Shown: positions 7,261 through 19,040, counted from the first letter of the stretch. The stretch: 64,000 nt of DNA from Candidatus Kerfeldbacteria bacterium (GCA_016193315.1 JACPSJ010000005.1:68-64067); one strand, 5' to 3'. Program-made: numbers and translations. Notes: a model not told the origin generated them from the letters alone.

Positions 7261-7759
7261 AATCACCCAAACCTTCTACCCCAAAACCAGCGCCGCCTGG
7301 CGATCTTGGCTAAAGTACAATCACGCCAAGAAGAAAGAAATCTGGCTTGTACGATACAAAAAGCACACCGGTAAGCCAACTGTCGACTACCAAGATAGTG
7401 TCGATGAAGCGCTGTGCTTCGGTTGGATCGATGGGATGGAAAGAAGAATCGACGCTGAACGATACGCGACCAGATTCACCCCGCGGCAGCAGTTCAGTAG
7501 TTGGTCTGAGGGTAATATCCGGCGGTACAAGATGTTGGTTCGGAAGCGGCTGATGACCGCCGCCGGCCGAGAAGCGTTCAGGAACAAGTTCGAGGTACGG
7601 GCGCGAACGATGCTCCCCGGCGGACAAAAGTGGCATCGTTCTCATCCCTTCCCGTCCAACCCGACCATCAGTCAACGCATCGTCTGGCACCGTCAGCACG
7701 AAAAGTTTTGCGCCTGCCGGCCGGTGCCGAAAAGCTTATTGGAATACTTTCGGCTCTAA
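7250..7759 (+). CDS. YdeI/OmpD-associated family protein (DUF1905-like N-term)
   Basis: EIWLVRYKKHTGKPTVDYQDSVDEALCFGWIDG motif region typical of YdeI-like proteins. Confidence 0.5.
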   Translation: MAIRITQTFYPKTSAAWRSWLKYNHAKKKEIWLVRYKKHTGKPTVDYQDSVDEALCFGWIDGMERRIDAERYATRFTPRQQFSSWSEGNIRRYKMLVRKRLMTAAGREAFRNKFEVRARTMLPGGQKWHRSHPFPSNPTISQRIVWHRQHEKFCACRPVPKSLLEYFRL

Positions 7760-7939
7760 CTGGGTTCTACACGGTCCGTTCCTTCATCCGGGAAGAGTGG
7801 CCGGTAACAAAGGGGCGTCAGTCTATGGACCCTTGACGTTTTGTTATTGTCGTGCTAGACTCGGCCGTCAATGGTTTCCGCGTCACCGTTCACTCGGCTC
7901 ATACGCCGAAAGTGCTGCACCATACATTGGAGGCAAACA

Positions 7940-8194
7940 ATGGGTAAGCTGAAGCGTCTGACCTGTGAGCAGTTCCGGGGATTGGTGTCTTCGAACGTCA
8001 CGGGCGCCGGGATTTCGGAGGACGAAGTAGACCAGCTGGCCGAGCATGCAAACCATTGCGGTTGGTGTTGCACCTGGGTCGACACAGATCTGGGCGGACC
8101 TCCCGGCTATCTCGAGGAGGCTCAACGCCATCGGATCTTAAGTCTGGCGGAAGGCAAAGACCCGGACGACCGCTTCGACGACGAGGCCACGTGA
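7940..8194 (+). CDS. small Cys-rich protein with HxxxCxxC (zf-HC2/anti-sigma-like) motif
   Basis: HANHCGWCC; GGAGG RBS upstream of ATG 7940. Confidence 0.4.
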   Translation: MGKLKRLTCEQFRGLVSSNVTGAGISEDEVDQLAEHANHCGWCCTWVDTDLGGPPGYLEEAQRHRILSLAEGKDPDDRFDDEAT

Positions 8195-8238
8195 CCCAAA
8201 GTTCCAAGGGCGCCTGTCTACGAGGGGGGCGTTACGGC

Positions 8239-8604
8239 CTAGGGCAATCCGGGCCGTTTTCTATTCGACCGCTGTGCAATCGCCGCTCGACCAATCATTA
8301 ATCCGAAAAATCCAATCACTAGGTCACCGAAGACGTTGGCTGGTGTCTCCGGCGCAAACGCGAACCCGCCAACCGCTTGTTTCAGTGGAGCCACAAACTC
8401 ATGCGCCTGGACATCGAGATAGCGAAGAGTGATTTCCGCCAGTTCCCACAGCACTAACAAGCTAACGCCAATCATCCAGAATCGGCCTGCCTTGGGGTTC
8501 CAAATCACTACCAGCAATAATCCGATGAACAGGCCGCTGGCGGAGTGAATTCCCGACCACGGCCAGTCAAACACGGCTTCATTGACCTGGCCGAAAAGTT
8601 GCAT
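8239..8604 (-). CDS. hypothetical membrane protein
   Basis: Hydrophobic ORF; start at MQLFGQV assumed. Confidence 0.4.
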   Translation of the reverse strand: MQLFGQVNEAVFDWPWSGIHSASGLFIGLLLVVIWNPKAGRFWMIGVSLLVLWELAEITLRYLDVQAHEFVAPLKQAVGGFAFAPETPANVFGDLVIGFFGLMIGRAAIAQRSNRKRPGLP

Positions 8605-8688
8605 GGTAGAATGATAGCATACACTGCCGGCGCAAACCTCTATCATCAGTCATCAGCAGCCAAACCGTCCGTGGTATAATAATCTTCC

Positions 8689-9036
8689 ATGTCCCCCCTG
8701 AAATTAGTCGAGCAATCAATCTCGAAAGATGAACTCTTGGCGCTCGCCAAGGAGCGTTTTGGTGACATGGTCAAGGCCGTCGTTGACATTGAACGCGGGG
8801 TGATGGTTGTCGGCGGGGAACTTCACGCTGACGCCGAACAGCGGCTGCTTGAACACGGCTCGAACCAGACCGATCTTTGGGGCATCAATATCTATCCTGA
8901 AAAACCCCGGGCCGAGTGGATCGAGTTCGACTCGATGATCAACATCCGGCCCTCGCAGGGAAACCGATCCCGATCGGTGGAAGATGAGGGGATTCGAAGG
9001 CGAATCATTGGGATCGTGAATCGCCTGACTCCATGA
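8689..9036 (+). CDS. hypothetical protein (115 aa)
   Basis: ORF; 4-bp ATGA overlap with next ORF. Confidence 0.5.
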   Translation: MSPLKLVEQSISKDELLALAKERFGDMVKAVVDIERGVMVVGGELHADAEQRLLEHGSNQTDLWGINIYPEKPRAEWIEFDSMINIRPSQGNRSRSVEDEGIRRRIIGIVNRLTP

Positions 9037-9368
9037 CCGCCCGTCATACATCGCTGGCGGCCGGCCGGTGGCAAAGCATGACTCTCGCCGAACAACTCGG
9101 CAACGTCGGCAGCGAAGTCTACCGGGCTCGTCGATGGCAGACAAAAGACCGGGCATCGTTCCAAAACGCCTTTGAACGCATGCTGGAGTTGATGGACCTG
9201 ACGATTACCGACCCGCGTTGGCGCCGGCGTGGAGAGTTGTCCCGTGTCCGCGAGGTGCTGTGCGATTACTTTATGGGTGGAAACAGCTACCGGACCGAAC
9301 CAGATTCGTTGCAAGCCTATTTCGACCAGTTCGCGGTGGTAGCGAGAAAAATCAAGGCAGCGGCCTGA
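9033..9368 (+). CDS. hypothetical protein (111 aa)
   Basis: ORF translationally coupled to previous. Confidence 0.5.
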   Translation: MTARHTSLAAGRWQSMTLAEQLGNVGSEVYRARRWQTKDRASFQNAFERMLELMDLTITDPRWRRRGELSRVREVLCDYFMGGNSYRTEPDSLQAYFDQFAVVARKIKAAA

Positions 9369-9407
9369 GGGTCGCCTCGGTATCTCAGGAGCTCGAGTTT
9401 TGAACCT

Positions 9408-9713
9408 TTGTCTTTGGGACCAATCTTGACCAAAGTTGGTAGTTTGGTAGGCTACAGTAAAGTATTAACCTCGACCACTATGCCCGAAACACTTGCCCCC
9501 GAAGCGACGGAACGGGACGAACAACAAGCCTTGCTGGAAGCCCGCGTCGACAGCGCGCGCCGAGCCGTCGAACAAGCGAAAACTGAGCTGGCTGCTGCCG
9601 CCAGTGAACGAGAACGTACCATCTGGGAAAATCGCCTCGCCCAGCGCCAATCCGAACTCGATCAGCTGCAAAAAGACCGGGCCCCGATGGAGGGTGACTC
9701 GACGGACGAGTAA
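9408..9713 (+). CDS. hypothetical coiled-coil protein
   Basis: Ala/Glu/Arg-rich helical ORF; start uncertain. Confidence 0.35.
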   Translation: MSLGPILTKVGSLVGYSKVLTSTTMPETLAPEATERDEQQALLEARVDSARRAVEQAKTELAAAASERERTIWENRLAQRQSELDQLQKDRAPMEGDSTDE

Positions 9714-9715
9714 CG

Positions 9716-10248
9716 TGGCTGGACGATCCCCAGCGATCAGCAATGCGGCTGTCAAAAAGGCGACCGGGAAAACCTGGGTGCAGTGGTTTAGGATTCTCGA
9801 CCGCTTCCCGAAATCAAAAACGCACCGCGATCGAGCCGCCTGGCTCTATAAACGCCATCTCAAACGCGGGTGGTGGTGTCAGATGGTGACGGTCACCTAC
9901 GAACAGGCGCGCGACCTACGAAAAAAACATGAAACCACGGAGGGTTATCAAATTAGCGGCAGCCGGACACTCCCCGTTCCGGTTTCGAGACTCTATGCCT
10001 GGTGCACCACGAAGCGCTCACGGTGGTTCAAAGTCAAGGGCTTGAAAGTCAACGGTGTCACCAAAAATAAATATCTCCATCTCGACTGGCCTGGAGGCAC
10101 GAAGGTAGATATCAACTTCTGGCCTCGGGGCGCAAAGAAAAGTCAAGTTCAAGTCCAGCAGCGCCAGCTAAAGACCGCGGCCGAAGCCAAGAGAATGAAG
10201 CGGTGGTGGGCGAAAAAGCTTGATAAACTTGCACCTCTCATATCGTAG
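9716..10248 (+). CDS. DUF4287/DUF5655-like protein
   Basis: KKATGKTWVQWFRILDRF...AWLYKRHLKRGWW pattern; GTG start assumed after stop of 9408-9713 ORF. Confidence 0.4.
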
Positions 10249-10302
10249 CCTAGTTCGCTCCCGGCTAAACAAAAATAATCAGCGCTGTCTGTAAAAAACA
10301 AA

Positions 10303-11943
10303 ATGATCCCCGCTCCCCCTCCACCGAACGCGTCTACTGCTGCCCCGCCCGCGACCAGCAGAGTTGATGGCTTTATCCGTCGCCACGAGTTTTGGTCTTG
10401 GCTGATTGTATTCCTGGCGATTGGCATCTACGGTACGCTCCTGTCGGTCCCAAAGAATATCCGGGAAATCGTCACCTTCGACTGGTTCTATGATCTTGCT
10501 TTCCACATCCTCGTTTGGCCGTCGGACGTCGTCTACGCTTTCGTCAACCAATGGGTCGACTGGCAGGAGAGGGTTGACGCTGGGCTACAAGTTGGGTTGG
10601 CCGCCCTGCTGTATCTCTACCGTCACCTAGAGCGGCGACTAGTGACAAAGCCAACGCCAGTCGTCCGTCGTCAACGGCTATGGCTGGCTGCCGGATCACT
10701 GTCAACTGTCTTGCTGCTAGCCATTATCTGGATCACCACGCCGTTCCCTAAAGATTTTTTGAAGATCTTCACCACTCCTATCCCAGCCCGTGTGATCAGT
10801 GAGACCCCAACGCCGCTCCCTACCCTTTACGTGGCCACCCGCCAAGGAGTATTCCGCGCCTCTGATGATGAAGCGGAGAAACGATATGGCACGCTCCAGC
10901 CATTCAGCCGGACCACGGACGTGATCAAGATCAATACCACCCAATCGGCAGTCTATCTCTACGCCAAACAGGGGGTCCAACGATTCGATCATGGTGGTCG
11001 GCTGAAGAGCGAGTGGAAGCGGACATCATCACCGACCTACCGCCTGCCGACCGCGGAGGAAACCCGAAACGGGGCGGCGGAATACGATGAATTGATGGCC
11101 GGCGTCTACGACCGCGGGAAACTTTACATCGCCGCCAACCGGTCGCTCATTATCCTGGACGAGCAGCTCCGCGAACTCGGTCACCTCAGCCCGCTCCAAA
11201 AGAATGAGCTTAACCAGTACAAAGCGATTGATGACGTTCTAGTCCATGACCAAACGGCTTTCCTGGTCGACGACATCGCTTATCCGCTGTTCGTTTTCTC
11301 GGTCGACATCAGCAACCCTCGGCAGCCACAGCTGCTGCACACCATCGGCGTCGGCGGCGTCTACGCTACCATCAGCAACCAATGGCTCGATCGAGCCAAC
11401 GAGGATTGGTGTTTCCAGCAGGAGACGAGCAGTGGCTACACCGGCAATTTCACTTCCGTCGCCTGCGTCCCGAAATCCCTCTACCGATCGCCTGGCTCGA
11501 CGAACCCCGACGGCTACGGACCAAACGACCCGGCCATCCGAACTATTGAACTCGGAGAAAGTAACCACGAAATCGAGCCCGAACTACGCACCGGCAAAGG
11601 ATTCACTATCTTGAAAGACCTGAACTGGACCGACGACTGGATGTTTATTGAACAAGCCAAAAGCTATGATGACCAAATTGTCGGTCTTGGTTCTGACTAT
11701 TCTGTCCAGGCGCAACAGTCCATTGGTACCAACCTCAGCAGCGGGTCAATAGTTTTCTACCGCTATCGTGATCACGTTTTCCTCTATGCCCTTGACACGC
11801 TCAATGTCCTCCGCGACAATGGCGAGGTGCTGGCCGGTGAACACTCGCAGACTATCCCCCAGGTTGAGGTTGATCGGACCGATGGATACCAAGGGAAGAT
11901 GAAGGTGCCGGCCTGGATAACATTCGCCGCTGATCCACGTTAG
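10303..11943 (+). CDS. large membrane-anchored hypothetical protein (546 aa)
   Basis: N-terminal TM helices then long extracytoplasmic domain. Confidence 0.6.
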   Translation: MIPAPPPPNASTAAPPATSRVDGFIRRHEFWSWLIVFLAIGIYGTLLSVPKNIREIVTFDWFYDLAFHILVWPSDVVYAFVNQWVDWQERVDAGLQVGLAALLYLYRHLERRLVTKPTPVVRRQRLWLAAGSLSTVLLLAIIWITTPFPKDFLKIFTTPIPARVISETPTPLPTLYVATRQGVFRASDDEAEKRYGTLQPFSRTTDVIKINTTQSAVYLYAKQGVQRFDHGGRLKSEWKRTSSPTYRLPTAEETRNGAAEYDELMAGVYDRGKLYIAANRSLIILDEQLRELGHLSPLQKNELNQYKAIDDVLVHDQTAFLVDDIAYPLFVFSVDISNPRQPQLLHTIGVGGVYATISNQWLDRANEDWCFQQETSSGYTGNFTSVACVPKSLYRSPGSTNPDGYGPNDPAIRTIELGESNHEIEPELRTGKGFTILKDLNWTDDWMFIEQAKSYDDQIVGLGSDYSVQAQQSIGTNLSSGSIVFYRYRDHVFLYALDTLNVLRDNGEVLAGEHSQTIPQVEVDRTDGYQGKMKVPAWITFAADPR

Positions 11944-11947
11944 GAAA

Positions 11948-12187
11948 ATGCCAAAAACTCGTCATTCGCTCGGTTTCAAAATCAAAGTCCCGCCGGATTT
12001 TGCTAAGGCGCTACGCACCCGACCGCTGACGCTACGAGCGTTTCAATCCATGCCGCCTTCCCACCAGCGCCGCTACGTCGAGTACATCTACGAAGCCAAG
12101 CTAGAAAAAACGCGCCGGCAGCGTATTGCCAAGTCGCTGTCGATGATAGTCGCTGGGGAACGGAAACGCGTGACTGGTTGGTCTTAG
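11948..12187 (+). CDS. YdeI/OmpD-associated (bacteriocin-protection-like) small protein
   Basis: RAFQSMPPSHQRRYVEYIYEAKLEKTRRQRIAKSLSMI matches family signature. Confidence 0.55.
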   Translation: MPKTRHSLGFKIKVPPDFAKALRTRPLTLRAFQSMPPSHQRRYVEYIYEAKLEKTRRQRIAKSLSMIVAGERKRVTGWS

Positions 12188-12254
12188 CCGCTGGGTAGTA
12201 TTGTAATTCGAAAAAGAAAAGAGTTGGGGACCATCGGCCCACAACCCTGGAAAT

Positions 12255-13289
12255 CTACGGTTGACGACGCTGCCTGGCCTGTAGCTGGCGATACTCGTCA
12301 AGTGTTTTCTGCTCGATCCGCAGTCGCCCGACTGGGACGCGGCGTTCCGATCGGCGGCCATTGATATCAACCAATTCCCACCGCCGCGGCAAGGTGGCCG
12401 TGAACACGCCCATCATGCCATGCAGCGCGGCCAGATCAACGGCTGCTCCTTTCCGGGCGGCGTGGACGAGGGTCCGAATCCGCCGCAGGTACCAGCGGGG
12501 GCAGAATATTGTGCCCTGCCGATTGAGGCACACACCGTTGATGGTCAGTGGGCCTTTGCGGATATCAAGGTTCTTGGCCTTGCGGTCGCTGACGGTAAAA
12601 CCGGCGTCACGAATCTTCCGTCTGATGACCTGCCGTTTCTTGGTGCCAATCGACCGCTCGCGCGAGGAGAACGTCAGGTCATCAAGATAGCGACTGTACG
12701 TCAACCCATAGCGCTGGCACAGTTCCCCGAGTGGCTGATCCAGTGTTATCGCCACATATAGGTTGAAGAGATCGGGCGAAGCCGGGCCACCTTGGACCAA
12801 CCCGCCGCGACGTCTTTGCCCGATCGGCAACTCGAGCTGGTACGGCTTGTTCGGATTCGGGCCGAAACAGTAGCCGAGCAAGAAATCGAGTACCGCTCCA
12901 TCCTGGACGGTCAACTCCGGACAGTGCTGGCAGATGATACCCGCCAACAGACCGGGGTCGACATTGCAGTAAGCGTGGCGGAGGTCGTAGAGCAAGAAGT
13001 AGCGGTTCGGTCGGTATCTGGCCGGTCGGCCGCGGTTATCGATATAGAGGTGTCGCCGGACATTCACCACCGGCGAACCGGCCGGCCGCGCGCCGACTGC
13101 ATGCGGCATCGGCACGTTGAGGCCCCGGAGAAATCGGACCAAGCGATGGTGCAACAGCCGCATGGCCGGATTCGGCGCGCCGAGCAACCGCACCTTGGTC
13201 GTGCCGCCGAGCGGGTTGACATCCCGATAGCGGAAAGGCTGCCAGGCCGGTTTGCCGGGCAAGCCGGTGGTAAAGCTTTCAAGGATCAT
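12255..13289 (-). CDS. retron-type reverse transcriptase
   Basis: NVRRH (NAxxH-like), FLLYDLRHAYCNV, LVQGGPASPDLFNLY, YSRYLDDLTFS, PLTINGVCL (VTG-like); GGAGGAG RBS before MILESF start. Confidence 0.8.
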   Translation of the reverse strand: MILESFTTGLPGKPAWQPFRYRDVNPLGGTTKVRLLGAPNPAMRLLHHRLVRFLRGLNVPMPHAVGARPAGSPVVNVRRHLYIDNRGRPARYRPNRYFLLYDLRHAYCNVDPGLLAGIICQHCPELTVQDGAVLDFLLGYCFGPNPNKPYQLELPIGQRRRGGLVQGGPASPDLFNLYVAITLDQPLGELCQRYGLTYSRYLDDLTFSSRERSIGTKKRQVIRRKIRDAGFTVSDRKAKNLDIRKGPLTINGVCLNRQGTIFCPRWYLRRIRTLVHAARKGAAVDLAALHGMMGVFTATLPRRWELVDINGRRSERRVPVGRLRIEQKTLDEYRQLQARQRRQP

Positions 13290-13345
13290 TACTCCTCCAC
13301 TGATCGGGCGAATATGGAACACTCGCCCGTTTTAGGTTTTTCGAG

Positions 13346-14530
13346 TCACCCCGAAAGGTGATCGAGACTCACGACAATGATCGTGAGCAGGAGGATTTCA
13401 ACGCCCCGATTATCGAGGCGTCCACACCGTATCACAAAACTACGAAAAAGCAAGAAAAGACCGGGCCCATCGGGTCCGGCTATGCGCAGCGGCGTGGCCG
13501 CAGAATGATCAGCGAGATCCAGGAAGTTGCGCGGGCGTAACGCGCGTTCGCTGAGGTCTGGGTCTTCCGCGCCGGCCGCGGGCGTCCGCGGTCCGAGAGA
13601 AAGAGAACCCCGAACCTGAGAAGGTTCTCCCCGACTTAGGGAGTTCCGTACCACGACAAAGATCGTGGAATCTTTCTTACTTCCTCGACGCTACTTGCCA
13701 CTCCGACCTTGCAAGTTTTCCTGGATCTGGTGGCCGCTCCTTGGAAGGAACGGTGCTGAGACCTGTGACCCCGAAGGATCACTCGGGCCTCCGAACCTAC
13801 ACTACCAAGCCTTAGGAAAAAAAGAAAGGCCAGACCCGATGGATCTGGCTATGCAAAGCGGTTGAGCCGCGGAACGTGCAGCGGAAGTGCGGAGACGGTG
13901 TTGCTGTTCGGGCTGGGGCTCGCTGAGGTTCGCTCCACCGCGTGGAGAACGGACGGGTGCGAACCGTGCTGGGTTGTCCCCGAAGGGACTCCCGACCGAC
14001 GACAATGATCGTCGGTTTCGTGTTGCTCCTCGTTGAGTCAAAGAGCCCGAACGTTTTCCGGCCCCGCACCTGGCTTTTAGCCTTCCGGCCTCGGGACGTA
14101 ATACGTCCCTTGTCCGGACCGGAGGCAGGCTGAAGCCATGATACCATGAATGTTTACAGACGAGCAAAAAGAAACCCCCGTGGCACGACGAGGGTTATTG
14201 TCAGCCCTTGCAGGCGTAAGGTTCAGCGGAGGTCCAGGGCCGTTGCGAGTTATGTGGTGGTTGGCGCGATGCTGCGCTCCGTTCGCGGCGCGCGTGCCGC
14301 TGAGTCGCTGCGACATCGATCGCTCATCCAGCGATAACCGTGCGGAGAGACGATGAAGTCGAAGTCCGACTTGGGAAGGATGACTTCCGTTCGGAAGCCT
14401 CCGCCTGACGACGAAGATCGTCAGGGTAGTACTACCTCAGTGGATCTGCCCGAACTGGAACGCCGACCATGGACCGTGTCCTCCGAAACGCCGCGGGAGC
14501 GAGCCCCGTAGCCGGAGCGAGCCGAGTACG
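13346..14530. repeat. non-coding array of degenerate structured repeats with four covarying hairpins xxACGAC(A/G)A(A/T)GATCGTxx
   Basis: Hairpins at 13368-13387, 13651-13668, 13994-14015, 14404-14425 with identical inner ACGA/TCGT and compensatory outer pairs; recurring CCCCGAA(A/G)GG and CGCTGAGG motifs; no credible ORF. Confidence 0.45.
13440..13479 (-). terminator. candidate rho-independent terminator on - strand
   Basis: CCGGGCCC/GGGTCCGG hairpin followed (on - strand) by TCTTTTCTTGCTTTTTCG. Confidence 0.4.
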
Positions 14531-14538
14531 CTTGCGGA

Positions 14539-15165
14539 GTGAAGCCAAGCACGCTGACCATATTCTACCCCGATGATTGGCCGACCCACAAGGGCTTGTG
14601 CTATCCTCAAGCCATGCGCCTCGGCTTCATCCTCATTGCCACTGCGATTGTCATTGTTTTTGTTTCCTGGCTAACCGCCAAGCGCGATACGAGCGAACCG
14701 ACGCTGAATACCAATGCGCCAGCGACCGTAGTCGTCACCAGCTCAGCTTTCACCAATAACGGCAACGTCCCGGCCAAATACACTTGCGATGGCCAAAACA
14801 CCAGCCCACCGCTGCAAATCAGCGGCCAACCGGCCAACGCCAAAGGCCTGGCCCTGATTATGGACGATCCAGACGCACCGGGAAGAACGTACACTCACTG
14901 GCTGGTTTGGAACATCCCGCCGCAAACCTCGACCGTTAGTGAAGGTCAATCCCCCAGCGGCGCAACCGGACAGAATTCCGCCGGCCAGTCTATTTACACC
15001 GGGCCATGCCCCCCAAGTGGCACGCATCGTTACTATTTCCGTGTTTACGCTCTCGATGCTGAGCTGACTCTGGCCGCCGGATCTTCGAAGTCCGACGTGG
15101 TCAACGCCATGAGCGGGCATGTTCTCACCCAGGGCGAATTGATTGGGCGGTATCGTCGGCAGTAA
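14539..15165 (+). CDS. YbhB/YbcL family (PEBP-like) protein with N-terminal signal/TM
   Basis: DDPDAPGRTYTHWLVWNIP and GPCPPSGTHRYYFRVYALD motifs. Confidence 0.75.
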   Translation: MKPSTLTIFYPDDWPTHKGLCYPQAMRLGFILIATAIVIVFVSWLTAKRDTSEPTLNTNAPATVVVTSSAFTNNGNVPAKYTCDGQNTSPPLQISGQPANAKGLALIMDDPDAPGRTYTHWLVWNIPPQTSTVSEGQSPSGATGQNSAGQSIYTGPCPPSGTHRYYFRVYALDAELTLAAGSSKSDVVNAMSGHVLTQGELIGRYRRQ

Positions 15166-15187
15166 AAAACCTCCGGTGGTCCGAAGG
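15164..15187 (-). terminator. rho-independent terminator for 15202-15507 gene
   Basis: CCTTCGG acca CCGGAGG + TTTTTT on - strand. Confidence 0.45.
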
Positions 15188-15201
15188 TGTAGCGGTTGAT
15201 C

Positions 15202-15507
15202 TTACAAGATCTCGAGGAGAACGCGCTCATATCGCGCGCCGTCGTAAACCGCCCGCCACTGTTGGTCGTTTTGGGTATACCCCAGGCCCCACAGCACCGA
15301 TCCAAAGGCGCGCCTTTGCGCGACGTGGAGGATGCATTCTCCGCGACCGGTGAACTCTATGCCGGTGACGGTCGAGTAGCAGACGACGTTGCCGGCCTTG
15401 CGGAAACCGCATACTCGACCGATGACTTCACGCGGGTCGGTCTTCCCAGTCGCTTGTCTGAGTAGATCCTGACTGGCCCCCAACATCAAGGTCGCATCTT
15501 GGCCCAT
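15202..15507 (-). CDS. hypothetical protein (~101 aa)
   Basis: ORF ending just before - strand terminator; upstream part of the 211-aa ORF overlaps the clpB regulatory region and is discounted. Confidence 0.4.
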   Translation of the reverse strand: MGQDATLMLGASQDLLRQATGKTDPREVIGRVCGFRKAGNVVCYSTVTGIEFTGRGECILHVAQRRAFGSVLWGLGYTQNDQQWRAVYDGARYERVLLEIL

Positions 15508-15822
15508 CGGATGCCTCCTGAAAGAGCGGGAACAGAGATTCGGGAACGACAATACATTGCTACAAGAGAGAGGAGATGTCAATGGACCAAGCGCCCGCCT
15601 GACTGGTAATCGGCTACCAGAAAAAACTCGCCAGCTGTGAAACCGGCGAGATGAGCCGGGTGTGCCCGCATCACCAATTAGCACTCTCCTTGACCCCCGC
15701 CGGAGGTTAGCTGAGCAGGTTCTGCGTTGGCCGAGTTGAGTGTCTCCGAAAAGGAGACTGACCCCTTCCCGTCGTGCCGCTCGGCGGCACTTCCTCCGTC
15801 CCCCTGGCCAGGGAAACGTACA

Positions 15823-15857
15823 TTGACAAATTAGCACTCTCGATGGTAGAGTGCTAA
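15823..15857 (+). promoter_or_regulatory. sigma70-like promoter (TTGACA-18-TAGAGT) overlapped by perfect CIRCE operator TTAGCACTC-N9-GAGTGCTAA (15831-15857)
   Basis: Exact match to HrcA-binding CIRCE consensus; half-site TTAGCACTC also at 15678-15686. Confidence 0.7.
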
Positions 15858-15940
15858 TTCGGTGTTAGCATGTGGCTGGAAGAGCCTTGTAGCTCCCGAG
15901 ATCCTTCCCCCGCCATCCGGCGGGGTCAGGAATACGACCC

Positions 15941-18565
<2,625 letters not shown>

Positions 18566-18619
18566 ATTTATATCAATCTAACCTGACAAAACTTTCCAAG
18601 GGTATATACTGGCAACCTC

Positions 18620-18946
18620 GATCTTTCCTAAACCGGGTGGGGGAGGAAAGCAAGGATTGGATCGGAGCCCGAAAATAGCGCATCCGAAAGTACCATTTGG
18701 GGAAATTGGATTTTCCCCAACGCGCCGCAGCCCTTAGACGAAAATCGGCTCCATCTGCCGTACCATCGTCAGCGCGGTCCGGTGCCTGTTCGCACGTGCC
18801 GGATAACCAATCCTGGCTACTCAAAGAACGTGGGAGGGCCAGCGGCGTCCATCGGGCGTGCTGCGAGAGTCCTCCTCCATACTGCTTATTCCGCGACTCT
18901 TTAATACCCCGAAGCGCCCCGAGCCTGAAACTTGGGGGCTTTTTTC
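18620..18946 (+). ncRNA. candidate structured ncRNA or long clpB 3'UTR element (identity unresolved)
   Basis: Promoter-like TGACAA...TATATA at 18586-18612, GGGAGGAAAG motif, multiple hairpins, strong terminator at 18916-18946; no credible ORF. Confidence 0.3.
18916..18946 (+). terminator. rho-independent terminator
   Basis: GCCCCGAGCCTGAAACTTGGGGGC + TTTTTTC. Confidence 0.6.
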
Positions 18947-19040
18947 GTTTTCGTTGCCTTCCCCGCAGGGCTGACCAGCACCAGAGACCCTTCACTTCGT
19001 CCCGGTGCGCTTCGCCATCGGGACTTCGTTCAGGGATGCA

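Noticed and set aside
9493-9715. N-terminal 74 codons of the 251-aa ORF overlapping the 9408-9713 ORF in another frame
   Set aside because: DUF4287-like similarity begins only after 9716. The overlap is probably a read-through artefact of ORF calling.
13346-14356. Small ORFs (60-121 aa) on both strands in the region upstream of the RT
   Set aside because: Arg/Gly/Pro-rich, overlapping, no RBS, and interrupted by the conserved hairpins. Treated as non-coding.
12255-14530. DGR (diversity-generating retroelement) interpretation of the RT
   Set aside because: RT motifs (NAxxH-like NVRRH, YLDD, VTG-like) fit retrons. I found no TR/VR repeat pair with adenine-specific differences nearby.
18620-18946. 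Assignment of the candidate ncRNA to RNase P RNA or tmRNA
   Set aside because: Only a GGGAGGAAAG decamer resembles RNase P CR-I. I could not find the P4 partner strand or a tmRNA tRNA-like 3' end, so identity is left open.
18573-18995. 140-aa - strand ORF downstream of clpB
   Set aside because: Arg-rich antisense-like composition inside a region bracketed by a + strand promoter and terminator. More likely non-coding.
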